Assembly: GCA_942493095.1 (NCBI GenBank) | Contig: OW818675.1 | Coordinates: 330,001 to 362,000, forward strand | Source of the DNA: Candidatus Electronema halotolerans | Lineage (GTDB): Bacteria; Desulfobacterota; Desulfobulbia; Desulfobulbales; Desulfobulbaceae | DNA: 32,000 nucleotides | Reading direction: 5' to 3' | In this document: positions 7,479-15,163 of the stretch, one piece after another | Layout: the number at the start of each line of letters is the position of its first letter | Numbering within the stretch: position 1 is the stretch's first letter | Notes under the pieces: model-generated | The model's database searches: none | Seen by the model: only the letters and a program-made list of their open reading frames with translations | Told to the model about the DNA's origin: nothing | Translations under genes and position numbers: made by a program

Positions 7479-7724
7479 GCTGAAAGTATTTTTTATCGTT
7501 CAATCAATTGAATTTTATATGAATACAACAAAATAACAGCTTAAATACAATTTTTCAAAAAAACGGAAAAAGGCTGGGGTGCTTATGCAGGGTGATGTTT
7601 ACGATGGCAAAACAAACTGATATCCTGAGATATTTCATTGCTCCATTTCCAAGCTCAAAGCAGAGGCAAGCTTCTTTTTGGCGTGTTATCACCAAGGCTT
7701 GACAATTATACGAATTCACCGCTT

Positions 7725-8828
7725 TCAAGAGAGACCACCCGATGTCAAGAGCCAGTGTTTTTCAAAGATGCTGTGCAGGCACTGTTCCGCCGCAGCTTTC
7801 AGGCAAGGATATGCGCTGGGCGCAAATTGGCCAAGCAGCTTGCGCAGGGAATCCAAGGCCGGGCGGATGTATTGGGCAAAGAAGGGTTTGCCGCGCTGGC
7901 TGCTGAGAAAGGCGAAGGCCCCAAGGATTTGCAGGTTGCGCTGCACAGCCAGGAGCAGATATTCCTGCCGGAACTGCTCGCGGTTGTATGGAATCAGGGC
8001 GGTGAGCGCGTCAAGATGCTGCTCAAGAAGCGCATCCTGCATGACCTGCGGCAGGGCGGCGTAGGGGTCGAGGAGCAACGAGGCCAAATCATAGGCCAAT
8101 GGCCCCAGTCGGCCTGCCTGAAAATCAATGAAACGCACCTGTCCCTGCGTAATCATGATGTTGCGGCTCTGGAAGTCGCGGTGGAGGAAGAACGAGGCAT
8201 CGGCCTGAGCGGCTTGGTCGGCGAGCAGGGCAAACTCCTCAGTCAAGGCCGCTTCGTCCAAATCCAGCCAGAGCAGGTCTTGGCAGAGGGCGCGGAGAAA
8301 GTAGCCTGATTCGCGCTCCAGCATGACCTGACGGTCATAACGGGGCGTGTCCCAGCACCAGGCAGGATTGAAGTTTTCCCGGCCCAGCACCTGCATCTTG
8401 GCCAGCTCAACCACAGCCTGCCGGTATAATTTCATAATCTCCGGCGAATCCGCACCGTGCCGCAGAACCAGATCATGCAGGCGGAGATCGCCCAAGTCTT
8501 CGCAGACCAGCAGGCCGCTGTCTTCGTCAAAGGCCAGCAGCTTTGGCACTGGCGCGCCGCAGGCAAAGAGATGACAGCCTATCTGCCAGCCCGCCTTGGC
8601 CTCGTGCAGACCAACGGCATCGTCCGGCCCCGGCTGGACTGCAACTGCCCGCGCTCCGTCTGCCCGGATCAGGCGGCAGAAGCGGCGCAGCGAGCCGTCC
8701 GGGGTCAGCGGCGCAACCTGCGTCTGGCCCTCCTGCCACTCAGAACCGAGCAGCCGGACAGCGGCTTGGGAGCAAGCAGCGCGCTCCGTTTTCATGATCA
8801 TCTGTTCAACGTATGGATTCGAGTTCAT
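7725..8828 (-). CDS. APH/choline-kinase-family phosphotransferase, AmgK-like (anomeric MurNAc/GlcNAc kinase type)
   Basis: 367 aa with the catalytic loop FLHRDFQSRNIM and IDFQ (DFG-like), as in AmgK-type kinases. No murU-like partner gene is in the window. Confidence 0.65.
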   Translation of the reverse strand: MNSNPYVEQMIMKTERAACSQAAVRLLGSEWQEGQTQVAPLTPDGSLRRFCRLIRADGARAVAVQPGPDDAVGLHEAKAGWQIGCHLFACGAPVPKLLAFDEDSGLLVCEDLGDLRLHDLVLRHGADSPEIMKLYRQAVVELAKMQVLGRENFNPAWCWDTPRYDRQVMLERESGYFLRALCQDLLWLDLDEAALTEEFALLADQAAQADASFFLHRDFQSRNIMITQGQVRFIDFQAGRLGPLAYDLASLLLDPYAALPQVMQDALLEQHLDALTALIPYNREQFRQEYLLLAVQRNLQILGAFAFLSSQRGKPFFAQYIRPALDSLRKLLGQFAPSAYPCLKAAAEQCLHSIFEKHWLLTSGGLS

Positions 8829-8834
8829 TTTTGC

Positions 8835-8863
8835 TTGACAGAAACGGAACAGCAGAATACAGT
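8835..8863 (+). promoter_or_regulatory. sigma70 promoter TTGACA-N17-TACAGT
   Basis: -35 at 8835-8840 and -10 at 8858-8863. It is divergent from the kinase gene and about 205 nt upstream of hss. Confidence 0.5.
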
Positions 8864-8994
8864 CTTCTTGTTTTTGGCCGATAATGCACGGCTCACCTTA
8901 ATATGGATCAAGGACACATTCAATGCCGAAGCCTGCTGGGCCGTTTTTAGGACCTGACTGCATAAGAAAAAAGTAACAACCGCAAGGTCTTCCC

Positions 8995-9041
8995 GCTCCC
9001 TGTTCCTGTGCGCCGCACAGGGCAGGGAGCTTTTTTATTTT
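8995..9041 (+). terminator. Strong intrinsic terminator/attenuator inside the hss leader
   Basis: GCTCCCTG-tt-CCTGTGC...GCACAGG-g-CAGGGAGC is followed by TTTTTTATTTT, 33 nt before the hss ATG. There is no T-run on the other strand. Confidence 0.6.
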
Positions 9042-9073
9042 CATCATAAACGGACGAAAAGGAGACAGAACAG

Positions 9074-10522
9074 ATGGAGTTTAAAGAGCAAGTGTTGATC
9101 ATAGGATACGGCTCTGTCTCGAAATGCACCCTGCCAGTGCTGTTCAAGCATCTGAAAGTTTCGTACAGCAAGGTGACAATCATTGATTTCATAGAAACAG
9201 ATCATTCCTTAAAACACTGGACTGACAAAGGGGTGACATTCTGCCGGGAGGAAATCACGCCGCGCAACATGAGCAGGCTGCTGGAGCAGTATATGTCCAA
9301 AGGCGGGATGATCATTGATCTGTCGTGGAATATCGACACCTTGGAAATGCTGCAATGGTGTCATGACCATGATGTTCTCTATGCCAACACCTCGCTGGAG
9401 GAATGGGACCCCTATGCTGATCTCCGCAAAAGAACGCCTTATGAGAAATCCTTGTACTGCCGTCAGATGGAGCTGCGGGCAGAGATGGCCAAGTGGGGCG
9501 GCAAGTCGGCGACAGCAGTTATTGACCACGGCGCGAATCCCGGCCTGATCTCTCATTTTGTCAAACAAGGGCTTGAGGATATTGCCCTGAAAAGCCTGAA
9601 AGACAAGGAGGTGCCGGAAAAAGAAAAGAAGCCGCTTGAGAAACTGCTTGCTGAGAAAGATTTTGCCCGGCTGGCCATGCAGCTCGGCATCAAGGTCATT
9701 CATTGCAGCGAGCGGGACACCCAGATCACCACCCGACCCAAGGAGGTGGATGAATTTGTCGGCACCTGGAGCATTGAAGGGCTGCGCGAGGAGGCAATCT
9801 CACCCGCAGAAATGGGCTGGGGCACCCATGAGGACGAGCCGTCCCTGCCGGCATCGCGCCCGGAGATCGGGCCTGGCAATCAAATTTTTCTCTCGCAGAT
9901 GGGCATGAACACCTGGGTGCGTTCGTGGATTCCGCATCAGGAGATTGTCGGCATGGTGATCCGGCATGGCGAATCCTTCACCATCTCTGATCATCTCACA
10001 GTCTGGAAGAACAAGCAGTGCCTTTACCGGCCCACAGTGCATTACGCCTACATGCCCTGCCATGAGACCTTGTCCTCGCTCCATGAGCTGCGCTGCCGCA
10101 ATTACAAGCTCCAGCCCAAGCAGCGGATCATGCGGGATGAAATCACCAGCGGCGAGGACATCCTCGGCGCGCTGCTCATGGGCAGTCGATACACATCGTG
10201 GTGGACAGGCAGTGTCCTCAGCATCGAGGAATCGCGGCGGCTGGTGCCGCATCAGAATGCGACCACTCTGCAAGTGGCCATCGGCGTGGTCGCGGCAGTG
10301 CTCTGGATGGTGGAGCACCCGCGCAAGGGATTCTGCGTGCCGGATGATCTGCCCCATGACTACATCCTCCGCATAGCCAAACCCTATCTTGGGCGGCTGC
10401 TCTCCATTCCCTCGGACTGGACTCCGTTCACCAATTACGAGGTCATGTTCCGGGAGAATCCTCAGCAATATCTCAACAAGAAGAACAAATGGAGCTTTGA
10501 GAATTTTCTCTTCAGGAGCTGA
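9074..10522 (+). CDS. hss: Homospermidine synthase (bacterial HSS)
   Basis: 482 aa, collinear with bacterial HSS. Matching blocks include IGYGSVSKCTLP, VIDHGANPGLISHFVKQGL, ERDTQ, WSIEGLREEAISPAEMGWGTHE, YRPTVHYAYMPC, LSIEESRRLVPHQNATTLQV and DWTP. AAGGAG RBS is present. Confidence 0.85.
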   Translation: MEFKEQVLIIGYGSVSKCTLPVLFKHLKVSYSKVTIIDFIETDHSLKHWTDKGVTFCREEITPRNMSRLLEQYMSKGGMIIDLSWNIDTLEMLQWCHDHDVLYANTSLEEWDPYADLRKRTPYEKSLYCRQMELRAEMAKWGGKSATAVIDHGANPGLISHFVKQGLEDIALKSLKDKEVPEKEKKPLEKLLAEKDFARLAMQLGIKVIHCSERDTQITTRPKEVDEFVGTWSIEGLREEAISPAEMGWGTHEDEPSLPASRPEIGPGNQIFLSQMGMNTWVRSWIPHQEIVGMVIRHGESFTISDHLTVWKNKQCLYRPTVHYAYMPCHETLSSLHELRCRNYKLQPKQRIMRDEITSGEDILGALLMGSRYTSWWTGSVLSIEESRRLVPHQNATTLQVAIGVVAAVLWMVEHPRKGFCVPDDLPHDYILRIAKPYLGRLLSIPSDWTPFTNYEVMFRENPQQYLNKKNKWSFENFLFRS

Positions 10523-10648
10523 ACAGCCTTGTTGATGCTCCCAAGCGGCATGATTGGGAGCATCGCTTGTTCTTATTTCAAGAGAGGACTCAGGATGCTC
10601 AGATGCTCCGTCTCCTGCCTCCCTTATTTTTTACACTGCGAAAAAGTG

Positions 10649-12079
10649 ATGGATGGTAAGATTCAAATGGCAAGCATCGGCACAATGGACAAACGCATGC
10701 TTCAGTCAATCCGGGAGATTCTTGGCAAAGACGGCCTGCTGACCGCTTACGAGGAGCGGGCCTGCTGCAGCTATGATGCCAGCGGCCAGAGCTTCCTGCC
10801 GGACGCAATCGCCCTGCCGGAACGCACCGAACAGGTGGCGGCCCTGCTTCGGCTGGCCAATGAGCACCGCTTCCCGGTCATTCCTCGCGGCGCAGGCAGC
10901 GGTGTGACTGGCGGCGCGCTGCCAGTGGCAGGCGGGCTGGTGATCAGCTTCAACCGGATGCGGCGCATTCTGGAGATTGATGCCGCCAACATGATTGCCG
11001 TGGTCGAACCTGGCCTGATCACTGGCGAGCTGCAAGCAGCCCTGCGCAGGCACGGCCTGATGTATCCGCCTGATCCGGCCAGCCTCAAGTTCTGCTCCAT
11101 TGGCGGCAATGCGGCGGAGTGCGCAGGTGGCCCCAGCGCGGTCAAATATGGCGTGACCCGCGACTACATCATCGGCTTGGAAGCGGTGCTGGCCACAGGC
11201 GAGATCATCAAGACCGGAGTGCGCACGGAAAAAGGCGTGGTCGGCTATGACCTGACTCGCCTGCTGATCGGCTCGGAAGGGACCCTTGCCCTGTTCACCA
11301 AGCTGATTCTCCGCCTTCTGCCGCTGCCGGAAGCCAAGCGCACCTTTCTCCTCAGCTTCCGCTCGATAGCTGAGGCGACCGCCTTGGTGGCGGAAATTTT
11401 AGCCGTCGGATTGCTGCCCTGCACTCTTGAATACATGGATCGGACGGCAATTGCCGCAGTGCGCAGCCGTCTGAGCAGTCCGCCGTCAGAGAATGTTGCC
11501 GCCCTGCTCTTAGTTGAATTTGACGGCACAAAAGAGGAGGTGGAGCGGCAGGGGGAACGCTTTGCCGCCTTTGTCCAAGCCAAGGGTAGCTGTGTGCTCC
11601 GGCAGGCAGCGGCTGCGCAGGAGACAGAGGAACTCTGGCAGGCCCGTCGTTCGATCTCGCCTGCAGTAATGGCCCTGCGTCCGCACAAGATTTCCGAAGA
11701 TGTGGTGGTGCCCCGCGCCAAAATACCCAAGCTGGTCGCCTTCTTAGAAGGGCTGGCAGCGGAGCTGAACCTGCTCATCCTCAGCTTTGGTCATGCAGGC
11801 GATGGCAACATTCACGTCAACATCATGCTCGACAAGAGCAAAGCTGAGGAACTTGAGCGCGGCTTGCTGGCCAAGGAGCGGCTCTTCCGCTTTGTCCTCA
11901 GCCTTGGCGGCACCCTGTCCGGCGAACACGGCATCGGCATCACCAAGGCCGCCTTTCTGCCGCTGGAGATCGACCCGCCGACCCTGCACCTGATGCGGCG
12001 GCTGAAGCAGCTCTTTGATCCCAACAACATCCTTAATCCGGGCAAGATATTCCCAGCAAGCATGCCATCTCATGGCTGA
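10649..12079 (+). CDS. FAD-linked oxidase (GlcD / D-lactate dehydrogenase family)
   Basis: FAD-binding PCMH-type region (PVIPRGAGSGVTGGALP, GGNAAECAGG) and C-terminal GHAGDGNIH...GTLSGEHGIG. The start is uncertain (ATG 10649, 10667 or 10685). The TTG 10529 extension in the track is unlikely. Confidence 0.8.
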   Translation: MDGKIQMASIGTMDKRMLQSIREILGKDGLLTAYEERACCSYDASGQSFLPDAIALPERTEQVAALLRLANEHRFPVIPRGAGSGVTGGALPVAGGLVISFNRMRRILEIDAANMIAVVEPGLITGELQAALRRHGLMYPPDPASLKFCSIGGNAAECAGGPSAVKYGVTRDYIIGLEAVLATGEIIKTGVRTEKGVVGYDLTRLLIGSEGTLALFTKLILRLLPLPEAKRTFLLSFRSIAEATALVAEILAVGLLPCTLEYMDRTAIAAVRSRLSSPPSENVAALLLVEFDGTKEEVERQGERFAAFVQAKGSCVLRQAAAAQETEELWQARRSISPAVMALRPHKISEDVVVPRAKIPKLVAFLEGLAAELNLLILSFGHAGDGNIHVNIMLDKSKAEELERGLLAKERLFRFVLSLGGTLSGEHGIGITKAAFLPLEIDPPTLHLMRRLKQLFDPNNILNPGKIFPASMPSHG

Positions 12080-12106
12080 ACGTGCCGATTGTCTGTACAA
12101 AGGTGC

Positions 12107-12469
12107 TTATACGGCCAGCCGCTGCCGTATTCTGTTCCGCTCATCGCAGAGCAGAATGGCTGGGGCAAAATCAGTCAGTTCGCTCTCGTCATACTGAGCA
12201 TAGCTGACAATGATAATCAGATCACCGACATGCCCTTTGCGGGCCGCTGCCCCGTTCAGGCCGATCACGCCGGAGCCAGCCTCGCCTTGAATGGCATAGG
12301 TTTCAAACCGCTCGCCATTGTTGATGTTATAGACATGAACCAGCTCAAAGGGGATGATTCCGGCGGCCTGCATCAACTCTTTGTCAATGGTCAGGCTGCC
12401 GTCGTAATGCAGATCCGCCTGCGTGATTGTCACCCGGTGGATCTTGGATTTAAGCATTGTGCGCTGCAT
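12107..12469 (-). CDS. panD: Aspartate 1-decarboxylase (pyruvoyl-dependent)
   Basis: [29 protein letters not shown]...[12 protein letters not shown], with the Gly-Ser self-cleavage site conserved. The upstream 39 codons in the track ORF are not PanD-like. Confidence 0.9.
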   Translation of the reverse strand: MQRTMLKSKIHRVTITQADLHYDGSLTIDKELMQAAGIIPFELVHVYNINNGERFETYAIQGEAGSGVIGLNGAAARKGHVGDLIIIVSYAQYDESELTDFAPAILLCDERNRIRQRLAV

Positions 12470-12498
12470 GAAAATAGCGTGGTGAGATTGCTTGCAAT

Positions 12499-12702
12499 TT
12501 ATTTGATGAAAAAAGGAACGGCAATCAAGATGAATCCGACCAGCAGCATCAGCAAGGTGTTGGCGATGAAATACGGAAACACGCACAAGAGGATTCCTGC
12601 GAAGAGCGGAACAGATGCCTGCTGTTTCTTGCCGTAGATAAAATAACCAGAGCCAACTGCGCCAAAGATCACTCCCCAGAAAAGCTGCGCCGGTGTGCCC
12701 AT
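12499..12702 (-). CDS. Small two-TM membrane protein (67 aa)
   Basis: [27 protein letters not shown]... plus a second hydrophobic helix. It lies between the cupin and panD genes on the same strand, and the start is preceded by AGGAAA. Confidence 0.5.
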   Translation of the reverse strand: MGTPAQLFWGVIFGAVGSGYFIYGKKQQASVPLFAGILLCVFPYFIANTLLMLLVGFILIAVPFFIK

Positions 12703-12721
12703 TTTCGTTTTCCTTTTTTTG

Positions 12722-13042
12722 TTATGGAGAATAATGCACGGCCAGCCATAAGGTCTGGCCGTCCGGTGCTGTCCAAGAAACTTTGTGTTTGGCATGAGCG
12801 GGAATGTGGAGATAATCTCCTTTTTGCAAGGTCACTTCCCGGCCATCAGCAAAAAGAATGCTTCCTGCTCCTTCAAGAACCAGCACCCATTCATTGTCCT
12901 CCTGATCATACCAGCCTGTTTCCGGTGAAGCATGGCCTTGAGAAACAATGCGCTCAATGCGGACATTCCTGTCATGCAGCAGCTCGTCAAAGGCTTCCGT
13001 CTGCAAATCAACAGGCAGCAATGCAAAAATATTGCCAGTCAT
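12722..13042 (-). CDS. Cupin-domain protein
   Basis: ERIVSQGHASPETGWYDQEDNEWVLVLEGAG...GDYLHIPAHAKHKV (cupin motifs). The start was chosen at MTGNIFALLP, and ATG 13072 is also possible. Confidence 0.7.
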   Translation of the reverse strand: MTGNIFALLPVDLQTEAFDELLHDRNVRIERIVSQGHASPETGWYDQEDNEWVLVLEGAGSILFADGREVTLQKGDYLHIPAHAKHKVSWTAPDGQTLWLAVHYSP

Positions 13043-13471
13043 TGTTTTGAAACAATCCTGTCCATCCATCATAACGAAGAATCAGAGTCGCCCCTCAGTG
13101 CTGGCCGACATGCCCCTGCTGACGCTATGTCGCCGGGAATGCCTTTCATGCCATTTTTAACATATTCAACAGGGAATGGGTAGATAATTACGTTGCGCTC
13201 ACGCTGACCCCGGCATCGTGCAGCTCCGTATTCATCTGAAGTTGCAATCGTCTTTCCGCCGCATTGCCTCAATATCTTCTACGGGCAGGCCGGTAACTTG
13301 GGCGATGGTCGCTGTGTCAAGCTGGCCGACTTTCTGCCGGGCATTCAGGTCTTGGCGCAGTTCTCGACCGATGCCAGAAGCAGCCGTGGACAAAAATGGC
13401 GGTCTTGTCTTTGGGCAGGACGATGTCCGGGAGCGGATGACCAGTTCCGGCGGCAGTGTGCCGGTCATGTG

Positions 13472-14002
13472 TCAGGGCTGCTGTTTGACGTAAATCAGCT
13501 TGCTGGTGTCAAAACCAAGCTGCTGCGCTTGCTCGGTGAAACGCGCCAGCAGTTCTGGCTCCACGGTTGGTGTGCGAGAGAGCAGCCAGAGATAAGAATG
13601 ATCCGGGCCTGAGACAAAGGCGTATTGGTACTTCTCCTTGTCCAGCTCGAAGATCACGTAGGAGCCGTAGAACGGGCCAAAAAAGGAGACCTTTAGATAG
13701 CCGGTGCTTGGCTCTTCGACAAAAAAGGCTTTGCCTTCCGCCTCCTTCCATTCTTGCTTGGCCGTGAGGAAACCGCGATTTCTGACTGCAACGCCGCCGT
13801 CCTCGCGCAGGGAGTATTCAGCAGTGACCCGCTCCATGCCGCGCTCAAAGGAGTGATCCAGCCGAGCGATTTCATACCATTTGCCGAGATAGCGGTTCAA
13901 CTCAAAGCCGGTCACTGGCTTGACATTCTTTGGCATTCCGAGACAGCCGCCGAGTGTCAGAGCGGAAAGCAGAGCGAGGATTTTTTTCATGGTTTTCATC
14001 AT
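13472..14002 (-). CDS. blc: Outer-membrane lipocalin lipoprotein (Blc)
   Basis: MMKTMKKILALLSALTLGGC (lipobox) is followed by FELNRYLGKWYEIARLDHSFERG and YLWLLSRTP, typical of bacterial lipocalin. The track ORF start at 14173 is an over-extension. Confidence 0.85.
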   Translation of the reverse strand: MMKTMKKILALLSALTLGGCLGMPKNVKPVTGFELNRYLGKWYEIARLDHSFERGMERVTAEYSLREDGGVAVRNRGFLTAKQEWKEAEGKAFFVEEPSTGYLKVSFFGPFYGSYVIFELDKEKYQYAFVSGPDHSYLWLLSRTPTVEPELLARFTEQAQQLGFDTSKLIYVKQQP

Positions 14003-14010
14003 GGTGTGCT

Positions 14011-14043
14011 GGGGCAAAGGAATCAATCCTGCGCCCCTTTTTT
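14011..14043 (+). terminator. Orphan plus-strand hairpin plus T6 abutting the blc start
   Basis: GGGGC-aa-AGGA-atcaa-TCCT-gc-GCCCC then TTTTTT. All genes from 12107 to 14953 are on the minus strand, so it has no obvious cognate plus-strand gene. Confidence 0.35.
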
Positions 14044-14287
14044 GGTGGGGACAAACCAGCCGAAATAGCTGCGGCCTTCGACAAGGCCGAGCACTTTCTG
14101 GGCAGGGAGAAGATGCTGAACATCGCCGCATCCGGAGCAGGGCCGGATGTGATGCAGCGCACAGATTCGTCAACGGGCGAAGAATGAGGAATCAAGGGAG
14201 GGGTTGGGGAATGTGCAGTGGCGTGGAAAGCCGGTTGGGTTGAGCTGAAAAGCATCATCAGCTCAACCGCCTTGGAAGGATTAGCTG

Positions 14288-14953
14288 TTATGCTCCTTTC
14301 GTCGCAACCTTTTCCGCCTCACGGGCAGCAAGATATTCCTTAGCTTTTGCCAGTTCCGCTTCCAGATCAGTGGTGTCATCGCCTTTCAGCTTGCCGTTGA
14401 AAATCTCACCTTCTACTTCCATAACCCACAGACGGGCATAGTACAGTGTTGTCTCGACCAGATGGGCCATGACAATTATGCCAGTCAGCAAAGGATGGTT
14501 GTTGGTGACATTGGCTCCTAATGTCCGTCCATGTTCCAGTTCAACTTTCAGGCCAAACTGGTATTCCCAAATATAGCCAAGCCCACCCTTGTCTTTTGGC
14601 AGAAAGTCATTCAGCACCGTCTTGTCGAATGACTTCAGCTTGCCATTTTCATCACTAATATCAGGTGTGAATGTGCCATTGTCAATTTCAGCCTTCAGCA
14701 GATTCAGGATTGTTTCAGCTTCATCCTTGGGAACAACACTCGGAGCATCCCCTTCATTGGCAATCTCTTTATCAAGCAGATTTCCCCACAATCTTTTTTC
14801 CTTGAAGCCAATAGCCCTGCAAAAGTCATTGACATCCGCTCTGCTCATGAAGTCTGTGCTGACATGATCACCTCTGTCTATGGCTTTCAGAGTTTCTACA
14901 ACATGCTTAACGGCACCTTTTATGCATGCCTTCGCAGTCTTTGTTGAACCCAT
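14288..14953 (-). CDS. Hypothetical protein (221 aa) in an AT-rich patch; the C-terminal ELEH...AHLVE..YY motif region resembles phage-associated domains of unknown function
   Basis: Strong RBS (AAGGAGG) before ATG 14953. The sequence contains ...GLKVELEHGRTLGANVTNNHPLLTGIIVMAHLVETTLYYARL... No family was assigned with confidence. Confidence 0.6.
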   Translation of the reverse strand: MGSTKTAKACIKGAVKHVVETLKAIDRGDHVSTDFMSRADVNDFCRAIGFKEKRLWGNLLDKEIANEGDAPSVVPKDEAETILNLLKAEIDNGTFTPDISDENGKLKSFDKTVLNDFLPKDKGGLGYIWEYQFGLKVELEHGRTLGANVTNNHPLLTGIIVMAHLVETTLYYARLWVMEVEGEIFNGKLKGDDTTDLEAELAKAKEYLAAREAEKVATKGA

Positions 14954-15163
14954 TTCCACACCTCCTTGTTTGTTTTTTTGATTGTGTAAAATTGTCTTTA
15001 TCGCTTTGTCAAAGCATCGCAAGACAATATCAAGGCACTGTTTCATTCTGGTTTGTAGTCTTTCATCAGTCAGTCTGAATATCCTTCTTTAAGGGTATAT
15101 GCTGGTACGGCAGAATGCAAGGATAAAGTAACTTGTGCATGAAGTTCGGCGGAATTGGTCAGC

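Noticed and set aside
7638-8309. 223-aa plus-strand ORF, and similar ORFs at 9800-10468, 22344-22985, 25712-26443 and 20355-20975
   Set aside because: All lie antisense to, or out of frame within, strongly supported genes (kinase, hss, gyrB, radical SAM). None has independent support.
10529-10648. TTG-initiated 40-codon N-terminal extension of the FAD oxidase ORF
   Set aside because: The extension (MLMLPSGMIGSIACSYFKRGLRMLRCSV...) is not GlcD-like and begins 7 nt after the hss stop with no RBS. Internal ATG starts are more plausible.
13232-13468. 78-aa minus-strand ORF whose end (..QKVGQLDTATIAQVTGLPVEDIEAMRR) resembles the C-terminal HTH tail of Rpn/YhgA-like PD-(D/E)XK transposase-like proteins
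   Set aside because: The similarity is short, there is no RBS and the N-terminal half looks like non-coding translation. It may be a remnant, but I cannot support it as a feature.
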